DNA from: Gemmatimonadaceae bacterium
Lineage (GTDB): Bacteria > Gemmatimonadota > Gemmatimonadetes > Gemmatimonadales > Gemmatimonadaceae
Direction: 5' to 3'
Length of the DNA: 64,000 nucleotides
Assembly: GCA_045803545.1 (NCBI GenBank)
Contig: JBJMOW010000004.1
Location: 1,009,189 to 1,073,188 of the forward strand
Shown here: one piece after another, positions 1-8,259 of the stretch
Position numbering within the stretch: the stretch's first letter is position 1
Layout: each line of letters begins with the position of its first letter
Notes under the pieces: generated by a model
What the model was told of the DNA's origin: nothing
Databases searched by the model: none
What the model saw: the letters and a program-made list of their open reading frames with translations, nothing else
Program-made: the position numbers and the translations under genes

Positions 1-1264
1 TCTTCTTCCGCAAGAAGTCCATCAGAATGAACTGCCCCAACGTCATCGTGTTGGTGAAATACGCTTTGCCGCGACTAATCTCAGACACGCGCTTTACGAA
101 TTCAACGAGCGCACGGTCCCGCGCCAGCATGAAGGTGTTGATCAGAATGCCGGCCCGTCGACAATTCGCTACTTCTCGCAGCGTCGTCGCGATGACTGTA
201 CTGTCGAGTCCCATCGAGTTCTTGTAGATCTGGCCGTTGGGCATCGTCATCGCGCTCGGCTTGCCGTCGGTGATCATCACGATCTGCCGCATGTCTTTCT
301 TCTGCGCCATCAGAAGGCGGCGCGCGAGCTTCAGCCCTTCCGCGGTGTTGGTGTGATACGGACCGACCTGCGCTTGCGGCAACGTCGAGAGCGGAATCTC
401 TTCAGCGGAGTCGTGGAACAGCACCACCTGCAGCGTATCGCCGGGAAACTGGGTGCGAATGAGATGCGTCAGCGCGAGCGCGACTTTCTTCGCCGGGGTG
501 AATCGATCTTCACCGTAGAGAATCATCGAGTGCGATGTGTCGAGCATGAGCACCGTTGCGCACGACGAGCGATACTCTGCCTGACGCACCATCAGATCCT
601 CGTAGTCGATATCCATCGGCACTTCGAGTGATCCGGTACGCAGGAGCGAGTTCTTGAGAGTCTCGTTGACATCCATGTTGAGAACGTCGCCGAACTCGTA
701 CGACTTGCTGTAGCCGTCGGCCTCGATTCCCGTCGCCAAATGAGGCGTGTCGTGCGATCCGAAGCTCGACTTGCCGAGCGAGCTGAGGATGTGGCGCAGG
801 CTCTTGTAGCCGAGGAAGTCGATGCCTTTATCGGTGAGATTGAACTGCACGCTCTTCGACGCCGCTTGCGCCAGGCTTCCTTTGCCGGTGACTGGCTGAT
901 GACCGGCCGGCATCTGCGGCGGGGCTTGAAGGTTCAGATAACCTTCCTGCGCCAGTCGCTGGATCAGCTGATCGAGGAGCTCACCGAGTTTCTGCTGTGA
1001 TTCCTTGTTGCCGTCGCCCCGGAGCGCTTCCAGCAGATCGGGGGTGAACTGGCCGCTCTCGATAAGGGCGTCGAGTATCGCCTGCCGCAATGCTTCGACC
1101 GAGTGATCGGGCTCCGAATCGAAATCGTCAAAGTACGGATTGAAGCTCTGTCCGCCGGCGAAACCTGATTGCAGCAGAAAATCGGCGAGCTTATCCAGCA
1201 GCGCCTGCAGATCGACGGCATCAGCAGCTTCCGGACTGAACTTCGAATAGGTGTGGAAGCGCAT
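1..1264 (-). CDS. VWA (von Willebrand A) domain protein; 3' end runs off the window start
   Basis: Minus-strand frame is open from ATG 1264-1262 ([26 protein letters not shown]...) to position 1. It is absent from the ORF track because no stop lies in the window. My translation contains [18 protein letters not shown] (DxSxS MIDAS-type motif) and [11 protein letters not shown], both typical of VWA domains. Confidence 0.7.
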   Translation of the reverse strand, partial: MRFHTYSKFSPEAADAVDLQALLDKLADFLLQSGFAGGQSFNPYFDDFDSEPDHSVEALRQAILDALIESGQFTPDLLEALRGDGNKESQQKLGELLDQLIQRLAQEGYLNLQAPPQMPAGHQPVTGKGSLAQAASKSVQFNLTDKGIDFLGYKSLRHILSSLGKSSFGSHDTPHLATGIEADGYSKSYEFGDVLNMDVNETLKNSLLRTGSLEVPMDIDYEDLMVRQAEYRSSCATVLMLDTSHSMILYGEDRFTPAKKVALALTHLIRTQFPGDTLQVVLFHDSAEEIPLSTLPQAQVGPYHTNTAEGLKLARRLLMAQKKDMRQIVMITDGKPSAMTMPNGQIYKNSMGLDSTVIATTLREVANCRRAGILINTFMLARDRALVEFVKRVSEISRGKAYFTNTMTLGQFILMDFLRKK

Positions 1265-1297
1265 AACCCAAACATACAGCCGGGGACGCAGAGCGTG

Positions 1298-1303
1298 TAT
1301 AAT
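1298..1303 (+). promoter_or_regulatory. Perfect TATAAT -10 hexamer 10 nt upstream of the MFS ATG (short-leader or leaderless promoter)
   Basis: gcgtgTATAATcctctgcggcATG. This AT-rich hexamer stands out in GC-rich DNA within the 49-bp divergent region between the VWA and MFS genes. Confidence 0.35.
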
Positions 1304-1313
1304 CCTCTGCGGC

Positions 1314-2606
1314 ATGGCTAACCCGATTGGAGGCCCCGCGACCACACCGACCGCTCCCCGAAAATCGGTGCCGACGCCGCCCCGTGCCCGCCCGCGCTCG
1401 ATCAACCCATTCAGAGCGCTTCAGGTCCACCGGAATTTCCGACTCTTCTGGATCGGTCAGACTGTCTCGCTGATCGGAACGTGGATGCAAACGGTTGGGC
1501 AGGGCTGGCTTGCACTCGAGCTCACCAACAGCGCTTTCCTGGTCGGCGTCGTCAGTGCAGCGGGCAGTTTTCCGGTGCTCCTCCTTTCGCTTTACGGTGG
1601 AGTCGTTGCCGATCGCTACAACAAACTGCGTATCGTGATCGTGTGCCAGGCCCTGCTGCTCGCAGAGGCGGGAGCGCTGTGGTGGTTTACGTGGTCCGGC
1701 CGAATCGATTTCGTCTCGCTACTGGTTCTCACGACACTCAATGGCGTCATCTCGGCGTTCGAGATTCCCGCGCGCCAGGCGATGATCGTCGAGCTTGTAA
1801 CGCGCGAAGATCTGGTCGATGCGATCGCGCTCAACTCCGGCGGATTCAATCTCGCTCGTATCATCGGGCCGTCCATTGCCGCGATCGTGCTCGCCAAGTG
1901 GGGAGTCGCTGCCTGCTTTGCCATCAACGCGGTCAGCTATTTCGCAGTGCTTGGGAGTCTGTTTCAGGTGCGGCTGCCGCGATGGGTCCCGCGAGAATAC
2001 CTCGTCTCTCCCATCGAGCAGTTGAAGCAGGGCTTCCACTACATCCGCTCCAACCGCGCAGTAACGGGCTTGATGGCAGTCGTCGCCGTGTATTCGATCT
2101 TCGGCTTTCAGTATTTGTCGATGATGCCGGTGATCGCGCGCGATGTGTTGCACACGGGCGCCGGCGGCTACGGTTTGCTTCTTACGTTCGTGGGAATCGG
2201 TGCGCTGACGGGCGCACTCTCCCTCGCCGGACTCGGCGTGCGCATCAAGCGTGGCCGGCTCTACAACATCACCGCCTACGTTTACGCAGGCCTGATCATG
2301 CTGTTCGCCCTGACACGCTCGGTCCATCTCGCAGCCGCAGCACTGCTGTTCCTTGGTCTGGCGATGTTGATCAATGGCGCGCTGTCCAACGGAATCATCC
2401 AGTCCGTCGTGCCCGACGAGCTGCGCGGCCGCGTCGTCGCCACCTACATCTTCGTATACGTCGGCTTTCCACCAATCGGCTCTTTCCTCGCCGGCCTGCT
2501 GGCCGACTACATCGGAGTCGAGTGGGCGATATTCGGCGGGGGACTTGTGATGTTGATCTTTGGGATCTGGGCGTTCTCGAAGTATCCGGAGATAAGGTCT
2601 GTTTGA
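1314..2606 (+). CDS. MFS transporter (EntS/MFS_3-like)
   Basis: The 451-aa ORF 1251..2606 has about 12 hydrophobic helices. The motif FRLFWIGQTVSLIGTWMQTVGQGWL...GGVVADRYNK is typical of this MFS subfamily. I moved the start to the ATG at 1314 (MANPIGG) to avoid overlap with the divergent VWA gene; the start remains uncertain. Confidence 0.85.
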   Translation: MANPIGGPATTPTAPRKSVPTPPRARPRSINPFRALQVHRNFRLFWIGQTVSLIGTWMQTVGQGWLALELTNSAFLVGVVSAAGSFPVLLLSLYGGVVADRYNKLRIVIVCQALLLAEAGALWWFTWSGRIDFVSLLVLTTLNGVISAFEIPARQAMIVELVTREDLVDAIALNSGGFNLARIIGPSIAAIVLAKWGVAACFAINAVSYFAVLGSLFQVRLPRWVPREYLVSPIEQLKQGFHYIRSNRAVTGLMAVVAVYSIFGFQYLSMMPVIARDVLHTGAGGYGLLLTFVGIGALTGALSLAGLGVRIKRGRLYNITAYVYAGLIMLFALTRSVHLAAAALLFLGLAMLINGALSNGIIQSVVPDELRGRVVATYIFVYVGFPPIGSFLAGLLADYIGVEWAIFGGGLVMLIFGIWAFSKYPEIRSV

Positions 2607-2705
2607 CATCTCGAAGCGCTTGGAGCTGGGCTCGTCGCTAAACAGCTCCCTAAACTGGTAGCTCCCGGCTTTAGTTCTTTGATTGCCGGCTACGTATCGC
2701 GATCT

Positions 2706-3056
2706 CTACGCCGAGATGTGCCCGCGAAACATGAAGAACACCGCCCCAACTATGCACAACGCCGCCCACAGAAAGTCCAGCCGGGGCGGCTGTCGCATGT
2801 AGAAAACGGCGAACGGCACGAATACCGTCAGCGTAATCGCCTCCTGCAGAATCTTTAGCTGCGGGAGCGACAGCTCGGTCGCTCCGATTCGATTCGCCGG
2901 GATCATGAACATGTACTCGAACAACGCGATTCCCCAGCTCAGGATGACAGCGATGTACCACGGCCGGTTGCTGAGATTACGAAGGTGAGCGTACCAGGCG
3001 AACGTCATGAAGATGTTCGAGATGATCAGCAGGCTCGCCGTTCTGAGAAGTAACAT
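2706..3056 (-). CDS. DMT-superfamily small membrane protein (DUF486 family)
   Basis: 116 aa. LLIISNIFMTFAWYAHLR...SWGIALFEYMFMIPANRIG...QLKILQEAITLTVF closely matches the DUF486 pattern as I remember it. Confidence 0.85.
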   Translation of the reverse strand: MLLLRTASLLIISNIFMTFAWYAHLRNLSNRPWYIAVILSWGIALFEYMFMIPANRIGATELSLPQLKILQEAITLTVFVPFAVFYMRQPPRLDFLWAALCIVGAVFFMFRGHISA

Positions 3057-3089
3057 TTTGTTGTCGAGTGAAGTTAGGGCGGCAGCGAT

Positions 3090-3440
3090 CTAGGCTTTTA
3101 TCCAGACGCGAATCGCAATCAAAACCAGAAAAATCGCGAAGCCCCTCTGGAGCTGGGTGCCGGAGATCATTTGGGCCAGACGCGCGCCGAACCACGCGCC
3201 GATGAACAATCCGAGCGCGATCCACAGCGATGCTGCGATGTTGAGGTGTCCGCGGCGCCAGTACTCCCACGCGCCCAACGCGCCGACCGGGAGCAGTAAA
3301 GCACCCAGTGAGGTCCCTGTCGCGGTCTGCGGCTGAAACTTGGCCAGCAGAATCAGCGCCGGCCCGATGACAATCCCGCCGCCAATGCCAAAAATCCCTG
3401 CTATGACTCCGGCAAAGAGGCCGATCGCTATGAATAGCAT
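3090..3440 (-). CDS. TauE/SafE (TSUP) family membrane protein, half-size
   Basis: 116 aa with 4 TM helices. GIFGIGGGIVIGPALILL and GTSLGALLLPVGALGAWEYWRRG are typical TSUP motifs. The protein is only one half-repeat long and no second half lies adjacent. Confidence 0.7.
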   Translation of the reverse strand: MLFIAIGLFAGVIAGIFGIGGGIVIGPALILLAKFQPQTATGTSLGALLLPVGALGAWEYWRRGHLNIAASLWIALGLFIGAWFGARLAQMISGTQLQRGFAIFLVLIAIRVWIKA

Positions 3441-3472
3441 ACGGTTTTAACTCGCGTTGATTGTGAGCCGCA

Positions 3473-4771
3473 TCAGGATGGAATTCCTTTCTTCGCCGCT
3501 TCCAGCACTTTGTCCGCGAACAGATCGATCTCATCGAGCGTCGTGTAGACGTTGGGGGTAATCCGAATTCCCTTGAACTCCGCGTGTACGATCGGTGTGT
3601 TGACGATGCGATGCTGATTGAACAGCCACTGCCCGAGCTTGATGTTGTCGATGCCGTCGACCTGGAAGAGCGCGATAGCGCCTGACTGCCGGTTGTCGAG
3701 CGGTGTCAGCACAGTTATCCGCGGGCTCTCGGCGACGAGCCGCTTCGCCCAGCGATCACGCAGGTAGCGGAGCCGGGCAACCTTGCGCTCGATCCCGATG
3801 CCGCGGTGGAATGCGAGTGCAGCTGAGATCGCGTTGTGATTGGCAGCTGGATGAGTTCCGATTTCTTCGTACTTCCTGATGTCGTTGTCCTGTTTCACGT
3901 CGGCGGCCATCAGCGGCCAGAGATTCTTCTGCTTGTTCTTCCGCACATAGAGGAAGCCCGTGCCAACTGGCGCGAGCAGCCACTTGTGGAGGCTCGTTCC
4001 GTAATAGTCGCAGTTGAGATCGTCGCGCTTGAACGGGAAATGGGCAAACGCATGCGCGCCATCGACGAACACTTCGATACCGCGTGGCCGCGCGAAGTCT
4101 ACTAGCTGCCGAACGGGCATTATCTGCCCAGTAAGGTTGGTGATGTGGGTGACTTCGATCACCCTGGTCTTCGGTGTCACTGCCGCCTTGAACTGATCGA
4201 CCAGGTATTCGTCCGACGGCGGCGGCACCTTGAAAGAGACCTGCCTGACTACGATTCCTTCGCGCCGAGCTCGCTGGTCCCACGCCGTCAGCATGCGCGG
4301 GTAGTTCTGGTTGGTAACGACTACTTCATCGCCGCGCTTGAGATCGAGACCCATGATCATGATCTCGTTTGCCTCCGACGCGTTGCGCGTGATTGCCATC
4401 TCCTCCGGATCGCACCCGAACTCGCTTGCCAGATCGCGGCGAACACTCTCGACGCGCGGCTCGAGCACGCGCCACATGTGCTCGACGGGCAGCTCGTTCG
4501 AGAATCTCAGATCGCGGATCATCGCCTCGAGCACGTGACTGGGTGTCGGGCTGCAGCCGCCGTTGTTGAGATTGATCATTGTACGATCGGCGTCGAACGC
4601 CCGCTGGATCTCCGACCAGTACGATTCATCGTCGGCGACTGCGTTCGGCGACCGTCCTGCGCCGATAGCACCCGCGCGTATGAGGGACTTGATCGCGCCC
4701 TCGCGGAAAATCGGCTGCGCCGTCAGACTGGCGGCAGCCATCCCCGCCAGAAACTCCCGTCGTGTCGTCAT
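3473..4771 (-). CDS. Class V aminotransferase-fold PLP enzyme with twin-arginine (Tat) signal
   Basis: 432 aa. The N-terminus MTTRREFLAGMAAASLTA is Tat-like. The PLP-lysine context is YYGTSLHKWLLAP. Overall the protein is isopenicillin-N-epimerase/cysteine-desulfurase-like. Confidence 0.85.
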   Translation of the reverse strand: MTTRREFLAGMAAASLTAQPIFREGAIKSLIRAGAIGAGRSPNAVADDESYWSEIQRAFDADRTMINLNNGGCSPTPSHVLEAMIRDLRFSNELPVEHMWRVLEPRVESVRRDLASEFGCDPEEMAITRNASEANEIMIMGLDLKRGDEVVVTNQNYPRMLTAWDQRARREGIVVRQVSFKVPPPSDEYLVDQFKAAVTPKTRVIEVTHITNLTGQIMPVRQLVDFARPRGIEVFVDGAHAFAHFPFKRDDLNCDYYGTSLHKWLLAPVGTGFLYVRKNKQKNLWPLMAADVKQDNDIRKYEEIGTHPAANHNAISAALAFHRGIGIERKVARLRYLRDRWAKRLVAESPRITVLTPLDNRQSGAIALFQVDGIDNIKLGQWLFNQHRIVNTPIVHAEFKGIRITPNVYTTLDEIDLFADKVLEAAKKGIPS

Positions 4772-4787
4772 GGGTGAGCCTCACCGC

Positions 4788-4820
4788 AGAAAAAAGACGG
4801 TCATCGTGTGATGACCGTCT
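4788..4820 (-). terminator. Rho-independent terminator downstream of the 4854..6002 gene
   Basis: Perfect 10-bp stem AGACGGTCAT/ATGACCGTCT (4795-4804 / 4811-4820) with a 6-nt loop. On the minus strand it is followed by a run of T (plus-strand A run 4789-4795). Confidence 0.75.
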
Positions 4821-4853
4821 TCAATAATACGCCGTGCGGGAAAGCTCGGTGAG

Positions 4854-6002
4854 CTACTGATACTGTATATAGAGAGGCTTCGGGTTCAGCATCAGTACTT
4901 CCGCTGGTGTCAGCAGCGGATCGCCCTTCTTCGTGTCGTTGTGATAAAAGAGCTTGAACCCGGTGTACTCGACGGGCTCGGCTTCGACATACGCGCGATA
5001 CGAATCGTACTTGAGCCATGGCTGTCCCCAGCCATCCATGTTGATGATCACCTGCACCCGTGGATCGAGCTTTATCGCCTTCGAGTCACTGAGCATGCGT
5101 CGCGTGAATCGATGCACTATGAGAATCTTCGGGGGCAGGTTGTACTGCTTGACGAGTCCCGACAGCAGGTTGATCGCGAAGTTGACGTCGCTCGCGGTCA
5201 TGGTGCCGATCTTTGTACCGGGCTTACTTCCGTCCTTCATCGAGAACTCGGGATCGATCGCGAGCATCACGTCAGGACGCTGCAGAAATGGAACGAGCCG
5301 AGGCAATTCTTCCTGCACAGTGCTCTGTCCGACTTGTACATCCAGGAACAGGATTGCGTGCTTTTTCTGCGCCCAACCGTAGACCATGTTGATCAGGCTG
5401 TCGGTCATGCGCAGGCGATACTTGCCGTCCCTGCCGGGTGCTCCCTGCGCCACGACGGCGATTAGGTGCAGCGCCGGCTGCACTGGATGCGACGGATCCG
5501 CCCTGGTCCACGCCGCGATTTCCTTGTCGAAGCGCGCCAGCATTTGGTCGGGTGGCAGCTCGCCGAGGATACCCATCTTTTTAGAAAGCGGATTTCCGTA
5601 GTAGGCGACGATTCTCTTTTGCGGGAGGATCGCGCCAGGTAGCGGTCGCGGCGCGGTCGTCACCGGCCAATCCTTGTTTGCCAATCCGGCTTTGACTGCG
5701 GCGACGAGAGCGAGGCTGTCCTTTTTCGTGCGCCCTTTGATCGTTGGCACGGTGATCGGCGGATCCTTGGCTGCGGAATCTTTGCCGACCCCCTTCACGG
5801 TGCTCGATGCACTTGGGCTCGTTGTCGCGCTCGCCACAATTGCCGGCGTCGGCTGTGCAGCGAGCGCGGTCGGCGGGCTTTCTGGGGAAATCGTCTGGCC
5901 TGTCGGCGACGGAGTTGCGTCCTTGCTCGCCGCGCAGGCGAACGAGGCGATGACCGCTGCTGGAAGGATCGAGAAATATCTATTGAACAATGTTGAGCTC
6001 AT
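4854..6002 (-). CDS. Secreted protein or lipoprotein of unknown function
   Basis: 382 aa. It has a hydrophobic N-terminus with Cys (AVIASFACAAS), a low-complexity Ala/Pro/Thr linker, and then a roughly 270-aa globular domain. No motif I can name with confidence. Confidence 0.6.
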   Translation of the reverse strand: MSSTLFNRYFSILPAAVIASFACAASKDATPSPTGQTISPESPPTALAAQPTPAIVASATTSPSASSTVKGVGKDSAAKDPPITVPTIKGRTKKDSLALVAAVKAGLANKDWPVTTAPRPLPGAILPQKRIVAYYGNPLSKKMGILGELPPDQMLARFDKEIAAWTRADPSHPVQPALHLIAVVAQGAPGRDGKYRLRMTDSLINMVYGWAQKKHAILFLDVQVGQSTVQEELPRLVPFLQRPDVMLAIDPEFSMKDGSKPGTKIGTMTASDVNFAINLLSGLVKQYNLPPKILIVHRFTRRMLSDSKAIKLDPRVQVIINMDGWGQPWLKYDSYRAYVEAEPVEYTGFKLFYHNDTKKGDPLLTPAEVLMLNPKPLYIQYQ

Positions 6003-6062
6003 TAACTGATGAGATTTTTTGGTGAGGCGATGAATGTTTTACACCAATTCAACAATCACGCC

Positions 6063-6141
6063 GATGGCGGGATGAGGGATGGGGATGAGAGATGGGGTAG
6101 GAGCGATCCGTTTGTCGTGCATCCCCCATCCCGTATCCCGG
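6063..6141. repeat. G-rich heptamer-type array (GGGATGA variant) with a C-rich inverted partner
   Basis: gatggcGGGATGAGGGATGGGGATGAGAGATGGGGtagg (6063-6103) faces gCATCCCCCATCCCGTATCCCgg (6119-6141). This is hairpin potential; the G tracts also fit a G-quadruplex pattern. Confidence 0.6.
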
Positions 6142-6154
6142 TCCAGTTATTGCC

Positions 6155-6175
6155 TTCGGTATATATTCGGTATAC
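6155..6175 (+). promoter_or_regulatory. Candidate operator/promoter, site 1 (TTCGGTATATATTCGGTATAC), upstream of imuA
   Basis: Direct repeat TTCGGTAT with 11-bp phasing and an embedded TATACT. It ends 12 nt before the imuA ATG. Near-identical copies occur at 13179-13200 and 19765-19786. Confidence 0.45.
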
Positions 6176-6187
6176 TATAGCAGAGCT

Positions 6188-6877
6188 ATGTCCGATCGCA
6201 ACGCCGCCCTCCGCGCACTCATCGAGCATCGATTTCCTGATGCAACACCGGTCACCCACCGGACCGCGGAGCCGGTGGCAACCGGGATCAGCGCGCTCGA
6301 TGGAATTCTACCAGGACATGGCTTGCCGCGCGGAAGACTCACGGTCTGGATGCCGCAAGGTGGAGCAACTGCGGTACTGAGAGCGGCGTGTAACACCACC
6401 GTCGCACAGGGTGAGCGCGCAGTCTGGATCGATGGACTCGGCACTGTTGCCGGACCGTTCTGGGAAGAAGGCACGATCCTGGTTCGTCCAAAGACACGCA
6501 AACATGGATTGCGTGGCGCCGAAGAACTTCTGCGCTGTGGTGGATTCGCGCTCGTCGTCATCGCCGGCATCGAGCCGGAAGGAACGGAGACAGTTCGCCT
6601 CTCTCGTGCCGCGCGCGAAGGAGGAGGTGCGCTCGTCACTCTGACATCGCACGCCTCGATGGCCAGTTTGCGCATGACGTCGAAGATCCTACGCGAGACT
6701 TATCGCTGGAAAAAAACTCCATTCGGTGATCCAGCCGAAGCGCAGGAAGTGATGCTGCGCGTCCGCGCCTTCTCCCTCGGCTGGAACAAGAGCGCGGATT
6801 TCCCCGTACGGGTCATACCATATGACGTCCGCGACTCTTTGGAAGCGGGCCTCGTCGATCGACGGGGTGTCCGCTGA
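6188..6877 (+). CDS. imuA: ImuA-like (RecA/SulA-fold) translesion mutasome protein
   Basis: 229 aa. It shows ATGISALDGILPGHGLPRGRLTVW...AVWIDGLGT...LLRCGGFALVVIAG, the ImuA/SulA-like pattern. ImuB-like and DnaE2 genes are in the same window behind the same upstream motif. Confidence 0.7.
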   Translation: MSDRNAALRALIEHRFPDATPVTHRTAEPVATGISALDGILPGHGLPRGRLTVWMPQGGATAVLRAACNTTVAQGERAVWIDGLGTVAGPFWEEGTILVRPKTRKHGLRGAEELLRCGGFALVVIAGIEPEGTETVRLSRAAREGGGALVTLTSHASMASLRMTSKILRETYRWKKTPFGDPAEAQEVMLRVRAFSLGWNKSADFPVRVIPYDVRDSLEAGLVDRRGVR

Positions 6878-6881
6878 CTGA

Positions 6882-7006
6882 GGATTGAGGCGTTCGGACC
6901 AACAGCCAGTGCGGAGTCCGGATTAAGTGAGGAATTCGGAAAAGTTCTCTCACCTCAATTATTCCGAAATCCGCCGGTCTGGCAGTTTGTCCGAACGCCT
7001 CAATCC
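6882..7006. repeat. Perfect 18-bp inverted repeat separated by 89 nt
   Basis: GGATTGAGGCGTTCGGAC (6882-6899) is the exact reverse complement of GTCCGAACGCCTCAATCC (6989-7006). The element lies between the imuA stop and the likely ECF sigma start. Confidence 0.8.
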
Positions 7007-7046
7007 GCACCCAAGCCCGGAGTCCTCGCCTCCACCGAACGGTTTA

Positions 7047-7622
7047 ATGGATCTCCGTGTCGAAGGTAGTAAGCATGGTCGTGACGATCAGCGAGTGAAC
7101 GAAGCGGAGCTTATCGCCCGAATCATCGACGGAGATAGGCTGGCCGGGCGGGCGCTGTACGACATGCACGCACCCCGGGTGTTCTCGCTCGCTTATCGAA
7201 TGAGTGGTGACGCAGAGAAGGCGCGGGAGTTTACGCAGGATGCATTCATCCGAGCGTTCTCGAGGTTGTCGCAGTTTCGCGGCGAAGCCGCTTTCTCAAC
7301 GTGGCTGCACCGCATCGTCGTCACGGTCGTGTCGAATGCACGACGCAACGAGGTACGGTTTGGGCGCGAAGTAGCGCTGGACGAGGCTCACTCGATCGAA
7401 TCCACCGCGGCGGAAGCCGAGCCCGACTTGAAGGAATCGATAGAGAGGGCGGTGAACAACCTGTCGGAAGCTTATCGCACCACGCTGATACTGCACGACG
7501 TTGAGGGATATACCCACGCGGAAATAGCCGTCATGCTCGGTGTCCCCGAGGGGACCTGCAAGAGCCGGCTTTCTGTGGCAAGAGCGCAGCTGAGAGAAGC
7601 ACTGGCTGCATTCAAGGAGTAG
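7047..7622 (+). CDS. ECF-type RNA polymerase sigma-70 family factor
   Basis: Region 2 is DAFIRAF...FSTWLHRIV. Region 4 HTH is EGYTHAEIAVMLGVPEGTCKSRLSVARAQLRE. I moved the start to ATG 7047 (MDLRVEG) because the upstream part of ORF 6927.. covers the inverted-repeat element. Confidence 0.85.
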   Translation: MDLRVEGSKHGRDDQRVNEAELIARIIDGDRLAGRALYDMHAPRVFSLAYRMSGDAEKAREFTQDAFIRAFSRLSQFRGEAAFSTWLHRIVVTVVSNARRNEVRFGREVALDEAHSIESTAAEAEPDLKESIERAVNNLSEAYRTTLILHDVEGYTHAEIAVMLGVPEGTCKSRLSVARAQLREALAAFKE

Positions 7623-7626
7623 GACG

Positions 7627-8259
7627 ATGGACGAAGATCGTTTCGAAGAGGTGATTCGCGATTTGCCGCGGAGCTTCAACGCTCCGCCGCCGCCTCCACT
7701 CGACGAGATGTGGGGCGTGATCGAGGACGCTCACTTCAATTCGCCACAATCGAAATCGACATCGCGTAGCAGTTTTCTGACGACGCCGTGGCTTGCCGCT
7801 GCAACGTTGCTCGTCGGTATTGGTATTGGTGCGTTATTCCCGCGAGCCAAGCCGCCAGCGACGGTTCAGGCTCCCGTCGCACAGAGCGCCCTTCCGCGAG
7901 AGACATCGGCGGTCGCGGACGTGTATCGCGATCAGACTCAACAGTACCTCGGCCAGGCTGCAGCGCTTCTCATTTCTCTGCCGGCGAGGGACGGAAGCAA
8001 GACCGCTGATTCAGCGTTTGCCAACAAGGCCGCCGATCTTCTCGTCACGACGCGACTGCTGATCGATTCACCCGCGGCATCGCGCGATGTCAAACTGCGT
8101 TCGCTGCTCGACGATCTGGAGTTGGTGCTGGTTCAGATCGCGCGCCTCCGTAACGAGCGTTCGCGCAGTGATCTCGATCTGATTCATCAGGCAGTCGAGC
8201 AGGGAGACGTGCTGTCACGCCTCAACTCCGCAGTCGCCACAACTCAATCCTCCGAGTGA
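7627..8259 (+). CDS. Putative anti-sigma factor (single-pass membrane protein)
   Basis: 210 aa and starts 5 nt after the ECF sigma stop. One TM helix (TPWLAAATLLVGIGIGALF) lies between a short cytoplasmic N-domain and a periplasmic C-domain. The call rests on position and topology only. Confidence 0.6.
   Translation: MDEDRFEEVIRDLPRSFNAPPPPPLDEMWGVIEDAHFNSPQSKSTSRSSFLTTPWLAAATLLVGIGIGALFPRAKPPATVQAPVAQSALPRETSAVADVYRDQTQQYLGQAAALLISLPARDGSKTADSAFANKAADLLVTTRLLIDSPAASRDVKLRSLLDDLELVLVQIARLRNERSRSDLDLIHQAVEQGDVLSRLNSAVATTQSSE

Noticed and set aside
1481-2641. Long alternative-frame ORFs over the MFS gene (1481..2641 +, 1719..2609 -)
   Set aside because: Their Arg/Pro/Gly-rich composition is typical of off-frame translation in high-GC DNA. 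The 1314..2606 frame gives a clean 12-TM MFS protein. The same reasoning was applied to the many other overlapping ORFs in the track.
2607-2705. Hairpins GGAGCTG-N14-CAGCTCC and GCCGGC-N15-GCCGGC between the convergent MFS and DMT genes, as terminators
   Set aside because: Neither stem is followed by a U-tract in either orientation and the loops are long. They may still be weak or Rho-dependent sites, but this is not supportable as an intrinsic terminator.
4862-4888. CTGTATATAGAGAGGCTTCGGGTT, which resembles both an SOS-box half and the TTCGGG motif
   Set aside because: It lies inside the 3' coding end of the 4854..6002 gene (encoding ...KPLYIQYQ). It lacks the second half-site and correct spacing, so it is probably coincidental.
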